This document shows, piece after piece, positions 8,913-17,165 of a stretch of DNA of 20,000 bases. Source of the DNA: an uncultured virus (IMG/VR IMGVR_UViG_3300005530_000024) (lineage: Duplodnaviria > Heunggongvirae > Uroviricota > Caudoviricetes); IMG/VR virus record IMGVR_UViG_3300005530_000024. One strand, 5' to 3'. The position numbers and the translations under genes were made by a program. Under the pieces are notes generated by a model that saw nothing but the letters and a program-made list of their open reading frames with translations, ran no database searches and was not told the DNA's origin. How positions within the stretch are numbered: position 1 is the first letter of the stretch; every line of letters starts with the position of its first letter.

Positions 8913-9106
8913 GACTTCATTCCACTCTTTGTGACCTTCGCGCACCTCATGCAGAAGATGATGGGCAGCTTGTAAGGCATGTAGTACCGAGACCAGCCCT
9001 GCATGTCAATGCCACAGATAGCCAGCGTGTCGTGACCGCCCTTGACCTCGTGCTGCGCAGACGGGCGATTGTTGGTAGTCCGCGAGAGAACATATAGACT
9101 GCTCAT
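8909..9106 (-). CDS. small putative Zn-binding protein
   Basis: H...T..ICG...CMRC pattern; ATGA overlaps. Confidence 0.72.
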   Translation of the reverse strand: MSSLYVLSRTTNNRPSAQHEVKGGHDTLAICGIDMQGWSRYYMPYKLPIIFCMRCAKVTKSGMKS

Positions 9107-9447
9107 GACACTGGCACCTCAATTGGTACATCGACTGGCACTCCGGGTGTCGGCGACAAGCACCGATGACCTTCTGCCCATCTCGTTAGAGCTTTGTGAA
9201 TTGCTCTGCTAGTTTTTATGTAATAACGAGATCTTTCGCCACAGCCACATCTGGCAAACGTACCGTTTACGTTCCACCAGACGTAGATTGCCTGCGACTT
9301 GAGTTCCAGCGGTTTTCCAACTTGATGCGGAAAAGCAGTTTCTATATCTCGAAGTTCGACTACGTCTTGCTCGAGAGTCCTTCGTAATACATAAGGCTTG
9401 ACTCCAAGTGGAGCATAAAACCTCGGTGGCTGAAGTAAATTACTCAT
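9103..9447 (-). CDS. hypothetical protein, possible Zn finger (CGCG...W...H.C)
   Basis: ATGA overlap at 9444-9447 gives MSNLLQPP... start. Confidence 0.7.
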   Translation of the reverse strand: MSNLLQPPRFYAPLGVKPYVLRRTLEQDVVELRDIETAFPHQVGKPLELKSQAIYVWWNVNGTFARCGCGERSRYYIKTSRAIHKALTRWAEGHRCLSPTPGVPVDVPIEVPVS

Positions 9448-9932
9448 GATACGAGTCTCCCATCCACGATTCGACCTTGCGCTAGGAGTTCTTCGTATGT
9501 GCCCTCGGCCTCGTTGTCGATCTCCTCGAAGTACCAAGGGACCTTCTTCTCGCACTCTGGACCGCAGCCGTAGTAGCGCGAACGAGTATCGGTGAGCTCG
9601 GCGTAACACTTGAAGCACTTTCCGAGTTCTACGGCGTATGTTCTAGCGCACCCCTGAATGTCACAGTATACGCCGACAAGAACCTCGGCGATCTGTGGTT
9701 TCCAGAGCGAGATCTTGCCGGTCGGATGGAAGGTCACGGCATCTTCATACCACGGCCCGTGCTGAGTTCTGATCCGGCGCTGCCCATTACGCTTGCCGGT
9801 CCTGTAATCCTTGATCCAGATGAACTGGAGAGGCTCGCCCTCGGCCGCATGCCAGGCATATCGTCCCTGTGGGATGCCTTGAGCAAACTGGACCGGGAAA
9901 TCTTCGGATACATTCTGGAGCATATGAGTCAT
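9444..9932 (-). CDS. DUF6011-like Zn-finger protein
   Basis: C-terminal G.C..C...LTD..SR..G.GP.C motif. Confidence 0.75.
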   Translation of the reverse strand: MTHMLQNVSEDFPVQFAQGIPQGRYAWHAAEGEPLQFIWIKDYRTGKRNGQRRIRTQHGPWYEDAVTFHPTGKISLWKPQIAEVLVGVYCDIQGCARTYAVELGKCFKCYAELTDTRSRYYGCGPECEKKVPWYFEEIDNEAEGTYEELLAQGRIVDGRLVS

Positions 9933-10237
9933 CGCTCTGCTACCTCCAATTCAGGATGCAGCCAGTCCCCCGGAGGACAGCCGTCGCACAGATCGTGGGG
10001 TGCATGCTTCGGAATCCTGCCGCAAAACACAGGAAGAATAGCCAGTTCAGTTTGCCGAGTTCTCGCGCATTCAGGCACGACGCATTTTTGCGCCTGAATC
10101 ATGGACTGAACTATTTCCCCTATGACGTCACAGCAGACAGTACAACGCCTTGGTGCATTGCTGCCCAGAATACTGACCTCAAGGACGCTCTGCCATGCAG
10201 CAGGACGCTCGCATCGCTCGGTTGCACAGGCGCTCAT
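9929..10237 (-). CDS. Cys-rich hypothetical protein
   Basis: Multiple CxxC/CxxxxC and C...H..H..C motifs; ATGA overlaps. Confidence 0.72.
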   Translation of the reverse strand: MSACATERCERPAAWQSVLEVSILGSNAPRRCTVCCDVIGEIVQSMIQAQKCVVPECARTRQTELAILPVFCGRIPKHAPHDLCDGCPPGDWLHPELEVAER

Positions 10238-10563
10238 ATCTTCTCACCTACACATATGCGCGGGATGATGAGCTCGTCGCCGATGCAGTACACTCTGCGA
10301 TTCTTGACATAGCCGATGTCATCAAGGAAGACAACCTTGAGGTTGGCACCACGAAACTCCACCAGCTCCACCCTTGCGCCTTCGAACGCCTTGGGTGTGA
10401 TCCGAGCGATACGGAATTGATCGCCGATACTGAGCTCGTTGATACGTGCCGCCACGATGGCAGCACGTCTGCGCTTGATCGCGCCAAAGATCTCCTCGAA
10501 GTCATCATCGAAGACTCCGGAACTGATAGCCAGTAGAAGAGTAGGTTTATCGAAGTCAGTCAT
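10234..10563 (-). CDS. hypothetical protein (helical N-terminus plus SH3-like beta domain)
   Basis: ATGA overlaps; ...ELSIGDQFRI..I.PK.FEG..V pattern. Confidence 0.75.
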   Translation of the reverse strand: MTDFDKPTLLLAISSGVFDDDFEEIFGAIKRRRAAIVAARINELSIGDQFRIARITPKAFEGARVELVEFRGANLKVVFLDDIGYVKNRRVYCIGDELIIPRICVGEKI

Positions 10564-11030
10564 GTCTTGATCCTCTCGAGGAGTCTCGAGGCCCAGTCGA
10601 GTGCTGCCTGAAGGTCGTCTGCCTGCCTGCGAGTCATCTGTCCAGCGCCTTCGCCGTATCCCCAGGCCGCGCCATTGGTTAGCGTTTCGAAGGTAGCGAC
10701 AGGTACAGCTACATCTTCGCCAACCCAGCGGCGCACCATCATGCCGTTCTTGTGCTGCCTGAAGCCGTTTCGCTCATACCAAGCAATCAGCTGTTCACGG
10801 TTAAGCCCGTCGGTAGGCAAGACACCAAGCCAGAGGTCAACGCAATCTGAGTCAGCGTCATCGGTGATCTGCTTGAGGAGTGCGCTAGCCAGCCCAGCAC
10901 CGCGCGATTGAAAAGGTACGTTTATTCTCGTGATCTGCCAGGCGGGCACGTACCCGATGCCGTAGTTCGGCAGCGGTGCGACGAGGTCCGCGATTGCCCT
11001 GGTCTCGCGGTCGAAGTAACATGTCTTCAT
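10560..11030 (-). CDS. GNAT-family N-acetyltransferase
   Basis: I.V....RGAGLASALL acetyl-CoA motif A; L.L.V and L..WYERNGF motif B. Confidence 0.85.
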   Translation of the reverse strand: MKTCYFDRETRAIADLVAPLPNYGIGYVPAWQITRINVPFQSRGAGLASALLKQITDDADSDCVDLWLGVLPTDGLNREQLIAWYERNGFRQHKNGMMVRRWVGEDVAVPVATFETLTNGAAWGYGEGAGQMTRRQADDLQAALDWASRLLERIKT

Positions 11031-11047
11031 GAGAGTTCGCCAGTCTT

Positions 11048-11332
11048 CTATGCAGGTGTGATAACGGTTAGTGAGTCCCAGTGCTTGGATGGAATGTCGA
11101 TTGTGAATCTCGTTGGAGTGTTAGTGCCCTTCATCTTGGCGTTGACTTCGACTCGGTGCACCATGATGTTGTGAGTGTCTTCGACGTTGACGAAAGGCAG
11201 TTCCATGACAAGAAGGTGCTGACCCTTGGGGTCAAGCTCCTGCCAGAACTCCGCCTTTCCGTAGACTGCACAGAGCGGGTCCATTCGCACTAGCTCTTGG
11301 AGACGCTGACTGTTGCAAGCTCGGTAGCTCAT
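11048..11332 (-). CDS. hypothetical phage protein
   Basis: ATGA overlap with upstream gene; GGAG RBS. Confidence 0.72.
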   Translation of the reverse strand: MSYRACNSQRLQELVRMDPLCAVYGKAEFWQELDPKGQHLLVMELPFVNVEDTHNIMVHRVEVNAKMKGTNTPTRFTIDIPSKHWDSLTVITPA

Positions 11333-11832
11333 GACGGTAGCTCCAAGTCACGCATCGGCCAGACCTCGGTGCACCAGTCCTGATACTTGAGAAAGGTTGC
11401 CTGGACTGCATCTGCGTGAGTCATACCGCCCGCGCGCATCTGACCGTAGTAACCGAGGCGCGCGTTTGCCCCCTGGCCCATACCATCAAAGCGCCGTATA
11501 AGGTCAGCTAGGTCGGTCTCGGTGGCTTGATCGGGTCGATACGTGCCGGATTCTGGCGGATCAGCTGATACTCCGTCGGCTGGTTCGCTTTCCCAGGTGA
11601 GATTCAGCCATTCGACTACGCGATGCAGCTCCTCGGTCATGAGCACCAGCTGGCGGTGTCGCTCTTCGCTGGGCTCGCCATTGATCTCGTCTTGGACGAG
11701 GCCGATTTCGTTCTCGAGTTCATCTTCGAGACTGGTTGTGATCTCGCCGGTTTGCGCAAAGACGTTGATAGCCTCGCTACGAGGTGCCATGTAGCCACGC
11801 ATGATCTCGCGTGCCTGATCCGTGGTAATCAT
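11329..11832 (-). CDS. acidic helical hypothetical protein
   Basis: 167-aa ORF coupled to neighbours (TGATG / ATGA overlaps). Confidence 0.78.
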   Translation of the reverse strand: MITTDQAREIMRGYMAPRSEAINVFAQTGEITTSLEDELENEIGLVQDEINGEPSEERHRQLVLMTEELHRVVEWLNLTWESEPADGVSADPPESGTYRPDQATETDLADLIRRFDGMGQGANARLGYYGQMRAGGMTHADAVQATFLKYQDWCTEVWPMRDLELPS

Positions 11833-12026
11833 CAGTGCGCGTCGCTGACGTATCGAGACCGGCTGAAACGTCGCCGCTCGCGCGGGATAACCCAGCGGGT
11901 CTTTCCCTGCGCGGCTAGCCGTCTGGCTACCTTCGTACTCATGCGCCGATTCTTTCGACTCTGACCACGTACCTGCTTGTTCGGGTTCGGGCGCGTGGTC
12001 TTTGGCGCAGATGGCGTCTTGGACAT
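11832..12026 (-). CDS. small very basic (Arg/Lys-rich) protein
   Basis: GGGAG RBS, upstream TTGACA promoter element, stop overlaps next ATG. Confidence 0.68.
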   Translation of the reverse strand: MSKTPSAPKTTRPNPNKQVRGQSRKNRRMSTKVARRLAAQGKTRWVIPRERRRFSRSRYVSDAH

Positions 12027-12063
12027 AGTCGGATCAACTCCCCAGATGTGTTTGTATAGGTCT

Positions 12064-12092
12064 ATTCAACCATACATAGCGGACAATGTCAA
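12064..12092 (-). promoter_or_regulatory. probable sigma-70 promoter (TTGACA-N17-TTGAAT)
   Basis: Perfect -35 at 12087-12092, weak extended -10; spacer contains the recurring TTGTCCG motif. Confidence 0.45.
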
Positions 12093-12141
12093 GCGCGACT
12101 TTGCGCGCTCAGGTTTCGTCGGACGAATCGGGCGAAACGGT

Positions 12142-12372
12142 TCAGACTGGATTGACTTCTGTGATAATCCGCAAGCCTCGCCTAAGCAGACCCTCGACTG
12201 TGTGAATTGGAGAATGCGAAGTTAAACAGTCGTATTGTGTCGCAGCTCCGCATCCGTCACTTGTTGCGGCAGCAAGTATCACAACCCAGTCGGTGAGGAT
12301 AACCTCGGCAAACTCTTCTGCGACATGTTCCCGAATTGCATCTTCGATTGCGCGTACTGACTCAGCACTCAC
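12142..12372 (-). CDS. hypothetical phage protein
   Basis: GAGGCGAG RBS before GTG; ILTDWVV...SPIH..EGLL pattern. Confidence 0.72.
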   Translation of the reverse strand: MSAESVRAIEDAIREHVAEEFAEVILTDWVVILAAATSDGCGAATQYDCLTSHSPIHTVEGLLRRGLRIITEVNPV

Positions 12373-12499
12373 GGTTATGACTCGCCTCGTTTCTATTCAG
12401 CCCAGTTTTAGCGTACCAGAACACGGGCACGCGCGCATGCTTACACAGGCACATTTTCTCGCCTGAATTGTACCAGTTGTCCGTTTCGATTTAGCTCGA

Positions 12500-12582
12500 G
12501 TCCCGGCTAGGTATTGAACCTAGCACTCGCCTCCGGCCAACAGCCCGCTGGTTAGGTGTGACGAGCAGAACCTTCTCGGGAC
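12500..12582 (-). ncRNA. non-canonical tRNA-like element B (83 nt, tmRNA-TLD-like architecture)
   Basis: Acceptor GTCCCG/CGGGAC, stemless GG-containing loop GAAGGTTCT, long helix GCTCGTC/GGCGAGT with nested hairpin, T-arm CTAGG-TTCAATA-CCTAG. Confidence 0.55.
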
Positions 12583-12587
12583 ATGCA

Positions 12588-12620
12588 CCTCCCGCCAGAC
12601 CTGCGCGGCCTGGCGGGAGG
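12588..12620 (-). terminator. strong GC-rich hairpin 3' of the 331-aa gene (terminator or stabilising stem)
   Basis: CCTCCCGCCAGGCC-GCGCA-GGTCTGGCGGGAGG 14-bp stem; no U-tract. Confidence 0.6.
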
Positions 12621-12641
12621 GTCTTGCTGCACTGCCGACCT

Positions 12642-13637
12642 CTAGCGCTTGGTTGCGCCGAAGGTGTCCTTCTCGCCACCCTTGCCGGGCACGATGTGCT
12701 CGTCAGCCCACTTCGGCGACTTCATCGCGGCGCTGATGGCACCGGCCGAGGGCAGGTCGGTCCCGTACTCGCTCGACTCGAAGGAACGAATCGCTGCGAC
12801 CGAGAGGAAGGTGCCGACCGGATGCCCCGCGAAGGCCTCGGTGATGTGCTTGTGAATCGAGCGACGCGGACCGCTGTAGGTCGAGCCGCCTCCGGTGCTG
12901 GTCTTGCTGCCGGACTTGTTGCTGGTCTTGCCGCCCTGGAAGGCCAGTCGCACGGCACGCCGCGCCACGTCGGAGACCTCGGGCTCGGGAGTCGGCTCGG
13001 TACCTTCGGCCGGCTCGGGCAGGTTGCGCCACGCGACGAGCTGCTCGACCTGCGGACCGACCTCGCTGACTCGAGCGGCGACCTTGTCGGCCCAGTCCGC
13101 GTCGAGACCCTCCGGATTGACGGCAGCCTTGGCGGTCTGGTAGGCCAGGTAGAGGCTGGCCAGACCGTCGACAACCGCCTCGGTCCGGTTGACCGGAGCC
13201 TTCGGCTCCTTGGCCTTCGTGGCCTTGACCGTCTTGAGCGCCTGGCCGAGCTGTCCCCAGGCGAAGGCGAGATCCTTGGCCTTCTCCTTCTCGGCATCGG
13301 TCTCGGTCTTGGCCGTGAGGTTGGCCTTGATTTGACCGTTGACGTGACTGGTCGCAGCCGACTTGCCAGCTCGCTCGAGCTTGTTGTATTCGGCGTTGAC
13401 GATCTCGTACTCGCCGCTCATGACTGCCGCCTCGGCAGCCGCGATGAAGGCGGTCAGGTCCGGCTCGACCTTCTCTGTCGGAGTCTCGGTGGCCGGAGCT
13501 GTCTCGCCACTCGGTGCCTCGGCACCAGTGCTCTCGGTGGCAGCAGCCTCGGTCGCTGCCGGGGTGTCCGACTCGGTATCCGCTGCGTCAGCCGCCTCGG
13601 CCTCGGCGAGGGTGTTCTCTTCGTCCTTGCGCGCCAT
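12642..13637 (-). CDS. highly expressed Ala/Glu/Lys-rich protein with possible C-terminal winged-helix DNA-binding domain
   Basis: AGGAGG RBS, own promoter and downstream hairpin, strong GC3 codon bias; acidic disordered N-terminus. Confidence 0.88.
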   Translation of the reverse strand: MARKDEENTLAEAEAADAADTESDTPAATEAAATESTGAEAPSGETAPATETPTEKVEPDLTAFIAAAEAAVMSGEYEIVNAEYNKLERAGKSAATSHVNGQIKANLTAKTETDAEKEKAKDLAFAWGQLGQALKTVKATKAKEPKAPVNRTEAVVDGLASLYLAYQTAKAAVNPEGLDADWADKVAARVSEVGPQVEQLVAWRNLPEPAEGTEPTPEPEVSDVARRAVRLAFQGGKTSNKSGSKTSTGGGSTYSGPRRSIHKHITEAFAGHPVGTFLSVAAIRSFESSEYGTDLPSAGAISAAMKSPKWADEHIVPGKGGEKDTFGATKR

Positions 13638-13714
13638 GGTGATCCTCCTGAGATCTTCTTGGCTGGATGCCCAGCCCCGTTGGCTGCGCTATCCGGTTTT
13701 CGTTTGCTAGGACT

Positions 13715-13743
13715 AGACTAGCATCTATCGCAGGTCTCGTCTA
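13715..13743 (-). promoter_or_regulatory. promoter TAGACG-N17-TAGTCT with extended -10 (TGC)
   Basis: Hexamers at 13738-13743 and 13715-13720 upstream of the 331-aa gene. Confidence 0.6.
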
Positions 13744-13864
13744 GCGGTTTGCCAAACTAATTTCTCCAGCCTTCCGGCCGTGAGTAGCCCGTTTAGTTTG
13801 ACAAGGTCGCAATCGGGCACTCGTTACCACTTGATACGAATTGTCCGATTACGTCCTAATCTGA

Positions 13865-13960
13865 CTAAAGCTTGTCTCGCCTAACATCGCGCCATTTATC
13901 CCAGCCAGCCGTTATGCCCGACCATGCTAGGACGCAGGCTAGGAGTATCCAGCCGATCAT
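13865..13960 (-). CDS. 31-aa membrane peptide MIGWILLACVLAWSGITAGWDKWRDVRRDKL
   Basis: ATGA overlap with upstream gene stop; TM helix followed by charged tail. Confidence 0.6.
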   Translation of the reverse strand: MIGWILLACVLAWSGITAGWDKWRDVRRDKL

Positions 13961-14265
13961 GAGCTCGGTGTCATTGCCAGGTAGGCGTTCAGGGCGTAGC
14001 GTGCACCCTGGATTACCTCGCAGGCATCCCGTGCACCGAAAGCGGTTTGTGTCGGTCCGCCAGTCCAGCGCATCTCGTAGCGCGTTGCACCATCACCTGG
14101 TGAATACGCCGAGACACTGACCAACTTGCGGCCAGCCACCTCGTTGAGCAGTTCGGCGCCTGCACGCACGGCTGCCCGCGTGTACCTCCGTTCGGGCATG
14201 ATAATAGCCCTCTCTCTTGGGCCGTGCTGGTATGTCACGGCGTTGTCTAGGGTCAATCTTGACAC
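13957..14265 (-). CDS. hypothetical phage protein
   Basis: YSPGDG.TRY pattern; start uncertain (ATG near 14199 after GAGAGAGGG also plausible). Confidence 0.7.
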   Translation of the reverse strand: MSRLTLDNAVTYQHGPRERAIIMPERRYTRAAVRAGAELLNEVAGRKLVSVSAYSPGDGATRYEMRWTGGPTQTAFGARDACEVIQGARYALNAYLAMTPSS

Positions 14266-14428
14266 AGCGTCACTAGCTACGCCGTTGCGGTCTAGTCACA
14301 CAAAGCGAACCGTTCTAGCTAGGCCGCTCATACGCGCTGTTGGCGTCTTGTTGTCGGCCCGTTCTAGCGATTCGGTTTGTATAGTGCGACACTAGCACGG
14401 TTCAGCCGACTCAAGCCAGCTGGTTTTA

Positions 14429-14444
14429 TGTGACGCGGGTCACA
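14429..14444. promoter_or_regulatory. CRP/GlxR-type binding site TGTGA-CGCGGG-TCACA
   Basis: Perfect TGTGA-N6-TCACA consensus in an intergenic region. Confidence 0.7.
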
Positions 14445-14474
14445 GTGTTTTCAACAGCCGAACTAGGACAGATG

Positions 14475-14762
14475 CTATTCAGTGGGACATTCCAGCCACT
14501 CTTCAGAAAGTTCTGCAATTGTCCAGGTATCCATATCTTGCGGGTCAATCACCACAATCGGACATACCTGGTAAACCGACTTGATCGTGTCGATAATGGA
14601 CACTTCGACCGGAAGGTTCGAAGCGTTGTCAATCATCCAGACGCACTCATACGGTCCATAATGCGCCATCCGGGCAGCGTTCGCAATCCAGAGCTTCGGG
14701 ACATACTTCTCTTCGTCCGCAACTGTTGCAACTCGGACATTACGCTCGGCATCAGTGGGCAA
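14475..14762 (-). CDS. hypothetical protein (array gene)
   Basis: TTG start after the variant RBS GGAGGTGTGCT. Confidence 0.72.
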   Translation of the reverse strand: MPTDAERNVRVATVADEEKYVPKLWIANAARMAHYGPYECVWMIDNASNLPVEVSIIDTIKSVYQVCPIVVIDPQDMDTWTIAELSEEWLECPTE

Positions 14763-14785
14763 AGCACACCTCCAGTAGTACTCGG

Positions 14786-14849
14786 GACTGTTTAGGCTAA
14801 ACAGTCTATACCGCCCACAGATTCACACTGTGCACGATATGGGCTGTTC
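14786..14849 (-). repeat. intergenic long hairpin element 1
   Basis: GAACAGCCCATATCGTGCACAG-loop-CTGTGGGCGGTATAGACTGTTT; core shared with the element at 16681-16767. Confidence 0.75.
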
Positions 14850-14851
14850 AC

Positions 14852-15073
14852 TCATACAAACAGAAACCGGTCACGCCACGACAGAACGACACCTTCTTCA
14901 TCATCGATGTCTTCTGGATAAAACGGACATGGCACACAGTCAGTCACATGCCTGGCGAAAGCCGCACTAAACGGCGTGAAGGAAGTAAACGGCTGATAGC
15001 ACCCTAAACACTGGAATCGGTACGTTGTGTCTTTAAGTGCAATTCGGACTTTTTCGTTCACCTCCGAGTCCAA
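14852..15073 (-). CDS. small C2H/C-type Zn-finger-like protein
   Basis: YRFQCLGCYQPF...F..H...C. Confidence 0.68.
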   Translation of the reverse strand: MDSEVNEKVRIALKDTTYRFQCLGCYQPFTSFTPFSAAFARHVTDCVPCPFYPEDIDDEEGVVLSWRDRFLFV

Positions 15074-15414
15074 CCGACAGAAGGTGCATTCATCACACGC
15101 TCCATGTTTCGTCTGATACCGGACAGTTCAGACGCTGACATAACACCTGGTGTCATACCTTCTGTCTCGAATCCGACACTGTACACCTTCTGCCACGAAA
15201 GGTCAGCTTTGTTGTCATCCGCCCACTTGATGACGAAACGCCAATCAGCGGCATCTTCGGACGTACCGTAATCAGCTCTGCCTTTGTTGGGCGAATCAAG
15301 CCAAACACCCCATACTTCGCACACGGTGAAATACACCACACCTTGCGCATCCCGGCCGAAAATGAGCCAATCGTCTATACCGATGATCTCGATAATAACA
15401 GGCGTTTCGTTCAT
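15058..15414 (-). CDS. hypothetical protein (array gene)
   Basis: ATG 15414 directly after GGAGTGTGTGCA. Confidence 0.8.
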   Translation of the reverse strand: MNETPVIIEIIGIDDWLIFGRDAQGVVYFTVCEVWGVWLDSPNKGRADYGTSEDAADWRFVIKWADDNKADLSWQKVYSVGFETEGMTPGVMSASELSGIRRNMERVMNAPSVGWTRR

Positions 15415-15451
15415 TGCACACACTCCAGATGAATAGTTAAGAATCGGACAT

Positions 15452-15541
15452 TTAGCGCTCTTCGCGCATATCGAAGTAAAGCTTCACACCACCTGCAATC
15501 AACACAGGCGCGAAGATCAGGACAAACACCACCATTTGCAT
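15452..15541 (-). CDS. 29-aa membrane peptide MQMVVFVLIFAPVLIAGGVKLYFDMREER
   Basis: RBS AAGGTGG; TM helix; lies downstream of a hairpin element. Confidence 0.6.
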   Translation of the reverse strand: MQMVVFVLIFAPVLIAGGVKLYFDMREER

Positions 15542-15572
15542 CTTGTTCACCACCTTCTCAAAATGGGTATAA

Positions 15573-15638
15573 CAGGCTAACTGCCTATAGCGGCCGATAG
15601 TTCTCGTGCGTGAGCTATCGGTCACTAGTAACCAGTCA
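15573..15638 (-). repeat. intergenic long hairpin element 2
   Basis: GACTG..TAGTGACCGATAG-loop-CTATCGGCCGCTA..CAGTTAGCC. Confidence 0.7.
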
Positions 15639-15648
15639 GACGTTTTGC

Positions 15649-15744
15649 TCAGTGTGGTACAGGTCCGGCATCCCGGAGAGCTTCGACTGTTGCCCTATAC
15701 TGGGCAACAAAGACATGGGCGATCATTCGCATGAATCTGGACAT
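15649..15744 (-). CDS. 31-aa peptide MSRFMRMIAHVFVAQYRATVEALRDAGPVPH
   Basis: Starts 1 nt after the upstream stop; GGGAAGAG RBS-like sequence. Confidence 0.45.
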   Translation of the reverse strand: MSRFMRMIAHVFVAQYRATVEALRDAGPVPH

Positions 15745-15745
15745 T

Positions 15746-16099
15746 TCAAGACTCTTCCCACGCAAGGTATTCTTTGACCAGAGCGTCGTAATTCGCCTGC
15801 AATGCCTCATCGTTGGACACATCGGAAGATTCGGATTGCCATGCCCATACTATACCACTGCTGTCAATCTGGACAAGGTAGACACCATCGGCGATACCGT
15901 CCGGAATGGATGAGATGCCACCGATCACTCGTACTTCGTTTTCCCAGTCATTCCGAAACTTGTCGTCAATTCGGACAAGACCGAAATACCCGGACGGACT
16001 GTCTACATTGCCCGTTTCTCGGACGTAGTAGTCAGGATGGATAGAACGGAAGAAGGCCATCTTTTCCTCGCTAGTGGCTTTCTCGGTCATACTGTACAT
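15746..16099 (-). CDS. hypothetical acidic protein (array gene)
   Basis: ATG 16099 after GGAGTGTGTGCT. Confidence 0.82.
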   Translation of the reverse strand: MYSMTEKATSEEKMAFFRSIHPDYYVRETGNVDSPSGYFGLVRIDDKFRNDWENEVRVIGGISSIPDGIADGVYLVQIDSSGIVWAWQSESSDVSNDEALQANYDALVKEYLAWEES

Positions 16100-16123
16100 A
16101 GCACACACTCCACAACCTTTAGG

Positions 16124-16190
16124 GGCAGTTCACGCTGAACCACCTGGTAACGCCCAGACGTCGTCATTCTGGGCGAAACCGGACAGTTCA
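16124..16190 (-). repeat. intergenic long hairpin element 3
   Basis: TGAACTGTCCGGT-TT-CGCCCAGA-loop-TCTGGGCG-TT-ACCAGGTGGTTCA followed by GCG-TGAACTGCC. Confidence 0.75.
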
Positions 16191-16658
16191 CCACGAAAGG
16201 TAGTCGAGTCCCATACCGCGCTGGACTAGGACTTCTGCCGCTTCCCACCGAAGCTGGGTATGAGTGGCGGAATCCGCCAGGAGCGACTGGTAGTACTTCT
16301 TTGCACCATTCTTGCCGTTGGCGCTGATCTTGGACGATTCAGACGCATCCGATGCCAGCGCATACATGGCCAGGACGGGCGTAGGTATGTCAGATGCGGT
16401 GATTCGTTCGCATTCGTTGTAATACGGCTGATTCCACTCATAGTGAGGAAATTCACCAGTCGGATGAAACGAAGCTTTCCGCCCGAAATCCTCGAATCCG
16501 TACCTTTTCATCTCTCCGGACTCGTAGGACACATCGAACTGTTCGGTCACATCGGACACTCCGATGATTTGACCTGAAACTATCTTTGGGCCGTATTGCG
16601 TCATTTCGCCGATTGGCGAAGAAACGGTCATACCGACCAAAGGCTTGATAGCAGTCAT
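16188..16658 (-). CDS. hypothetical protein (array gene; SH3/Tudor-like N-terminus)
   Basis: ATG after GGAGTGTGTGCTAA. Confidence 0.82.
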   Translation of the reverse strand: MTAIKPLVGMTVSSPIGEMTQYGPKIVSGQIIGVSDVTEQFDVSYESGEMKRYGFEDFGRKASFHPTGEFPHYEWNQPYYNECERITASDIPTPVLAMYALASDASESSKISANGKNGAKKYYQSLLADSATHTQLRWEAAEVLVQRGMGLDYLSW

Positions 16659-16680
16659 TTAGCACACACTCCCTGAAGCT

Positions 16681-16767
16681 GACATTCTAGCCGGTTTGGC
16701 TAATACCGCCCACAGTACTCAATCTTTACGACTGTGAACGATATTGGCGAAACCGAACAGATGAGTC
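16681..16767 (-). repeat. intergenic long hairpin element 4
   Basis: CGGTTTCGCCAATATCGTTCACAGT-loop-ACTGTGGGCGGTATTAGCCAAACCG. Confidence 0.78.
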
Positions 16768-17142
16768 TTACACCGGCAACGCGGTCAGATCACGCAGGCT
16801 GGGCATTTCGACCATCTCGGTGTTTGCCGTGCCATCCGGTACAGTTCGGTCGAATGTCTCGCCGTTGACATACCGGCCATTGTGGACGATTGCGACTTCG
16901 AGGTAACACTGGAGAAACCCGATCAATTGTGCTGCATTCGGGTCATTGAGCGCAGTTGCGACATCGACACCCAGACCGGTCAGAACGTCCCGAAGTACTT
17001 CGATTGCATCTTCCTGGACACATTCGGCGATACTGGCCGAAACGGACTCGATGGCCGCTTGGTGCATCTCGGCCAACAGGCTGAAATTACCCTTCGGATG
17101 CATTTCGGTGACAACCGACTTCGCATAGCTGAAATCATACAT
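16768..17142 (-). CDS. hypothetical protein (array gene)
   Basis: ATG 17142 after GGAGTGTGTGTAGA. Confidence 0.8.
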   Translation of the reverse strand: MYDFSYAKSVVTEMHPKGNFSLLAEMHQAAIESVSASIAECVQEDAIEVLRDVLTGLGVDVATALNDPNAAQLIGFLQCYLEVAIVHNGRYVNGETFDRTVPDGTANTEMVEMPSLRDLTALPV

Positions 17143-17165
17143 TCTACACACACTCCCCTATACTG

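Noticed and set aside
12558..13721. 387-aa plus-strand ORF and the 191-aa alternate-frame minus-strand ORF
   Set aside because: Artefacts of the extreme GC3 bias of the real 331-aa gene.
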